From assembly GCA_013694625.1 (NCBI GenBank), contig JACDCD010000124.1:7539-71538 (forward strand): a stretch of DNA of 64,000 nt, written 5' to 3'. Within the stretch, counting starts at the first letter, position 1. Each line of letters begins with the position of its first letter. Source of the stretch: Actinomycetota bacterium. Lineage in GTDB: Bacteria > Actinomycetota > CADDZG01 > WHSQ01. The notes under the pieces are model-generated. The model made no database searches, had not been told where the DNA came from, and was given only the letters and a program-made list of their open reading frames with translations. This document shows positions 63,161-64,000 of this stretch, piece by piece. The position numbers and the translations under genes are program-made.

Positions 63161-64000
63161 CTACTTCAAGTCGACTGCCGAGAACGTATCGCTCTTTGCA
63201 CCGGTAACGGTTAGAACCCGGCGTTCAATTGCAGCTCCGATGAAATCATGGAACAAGGGATGCGGACGGTCGGGTCGGCTCTTGAACTCGGGGTGGAACT
63301 GGCTGCCCACGAACCAAGGATGGCCGGTCAACTCGATCATCTCGACGAGGGTGCCGTCGGGTGACTCGCCCGCCGCAACAAGACCGGCGCGCTCGAGACG
63401 CGTTCTCCACCGGGGATTTACCTCGTAACGGTGACGATGGCGCTCGTAGATCAACTCGCGGTTATATGCCAGTGCGGCTTTGGAGCCGGGGTTGAGGCGG
63501 CACGGGTAGGCGCCGAGACGCATCGTTCCGCCGAGCGCGCCCAGGTCCTGGCCCGCAAGGATATCGATGACCGGGTACTCCGTAGAGCTGTCGAACTCAG
63601 TGGAGTTTGCGCCGTCGAGCCCGGCGACATGACGCGCGAACTCGATTACGGCGCACTGCAATCCGAGGCAGAGCCCCAGAAACGGCACCTGCTGCTCGCG
63701 CGCCCAGCGCACCGCCTGAACCTTTCCTTCGATGCCACGAACGCCGAACCCGCCCGGCACGAGAATGCCGTCGAGACTTCCCAGAGTTTCCTGCAGGTCG
63801 TCGGTTTCAAGGCTGTCGGACGGTATCCACGCGATGTCCACCGGAGCCTCGTGCGCAAAGCTGGCGTGTTTCAACGCCTCGACAACCGACAGATAGGCAT
63901 CGGGCAGGCGCACGTACTTCCCGATGAGACCAATACGCAATGCGCCTCCGCCGGCCGGCGAGAACCCGGGGGCAGGCGCCGAGATCGTCTTATCGATGCG
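63161..64000 (-). CDS. pyrG: CTP synthase, C-terminal glutamine-amidotransferase part (5' end beyond window)
   Basis: GLCLGLQC catalytic Cys and HRHRYEVN. The frame stays open to position 64000, so the gene is truncated by the window edge. Confidence 0.9.
   Translation of the reverse strand, partial: RIDKTISAPAPGFSPAGGGALRIGLIGKYVRLPDAYLSVVEALKHASFAHEAPVDIAWIPSDSLETDDLQETLGSLDGILVPGGFGVRGIEGKVQAVRWAREQQVPFLGLCLGLQCAVIEFARHVAGLDGANSTEFDSSTEYPVIDILAGQDLGALGGTMRLGAYPCRLNPGSKAALAYNRELIYERHRHRYEVNPRWRTRLERAGLVAAGESPDGTLVEMIELTGHPWFVGSQFHPEFKSRPDRPHPLFHDFIGAAIERRVLTVTGAKSDTFSAVDLK

Overview
High-GC, actinobacterial-type chromosomal segment. It is densely coding, with many 1-4 nt start/stop overlaps (ATGA/GTGA). 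1-18.8 kb (+ strand): HtrA protease; a TtuB-like ubiquitin-fold sulfur carrier with a TtuA-type tRNA thiolase; TrmI; then a complete Pup-proteasome locus (mpa/arc, dop, pup, prcB, prcA, pafA, an uncharacterised 356-aa gene, pafB, pafC). pup is 59 codons and is missing from the supplied ORF track. A Zn-ribbon ORF, tatA, tatC, helY and a DAG-kinase-like lipid kinase follow. 18.9-22 kb: small accessory islet with a GNAT, an intact IS with ~45-bp imperfect terminal inverted repeats, and a DUF222-HNH endonuclease behind a textbook SOS promoter with a perfect LexA box. 22-35 kb: two tandem YbdK/GCS2-type carboxylate-amine ligases, an Lrp/AsnC regulator, and a divergent tightly packed 8-gene operon. 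That operon is headed by a lysine-2,3-aminomutase-like radical-SAM enzyme, followed by an amidohydrolase, a P5CDH-type aldehyde dehydrogenase, two class-III aminotransferases, GctAB-like CoA-transferase subunits and a HAD hydrolase; it is a candidate beta-lysine catabolic route. 35-64 kb (mostly - strand): proS, a 495-bp strongly structured non-coding gap, DUF4193, Ppm1, an NTase, gcvT-gcvPA-gcvPB, the MerR/BFN/hpt/MerR/FHA/gcvH block, pgsA-like, tRNA-Pro(GGG), der-cmk-aroA-tyrA-aroH-rluB-scpB-scpA, trpS, an M50 protease, a polytopic membrane protein, dodecin, ParA plus a small RHH-like protein, deoB, xerD, ald and the 3' part of pyrG. The most unusual signals are: (i) recurrent arrays of 8-bp-phased TCGACAAG-like units in intergenic spots of the 45-60 kb segment, including a perfect 14-bp palindrome in front of parA; (ii) the unknown gene embedded in the pupylation operon; (iii) a beta-grasp ubiquitin-like carrier with residues beyond its Gly-Gly, sitting next to the Pup-proteasome genes; (iv) the kamA-headed operon. 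All family assignments come from motif recognition by eye, and no database search was run.
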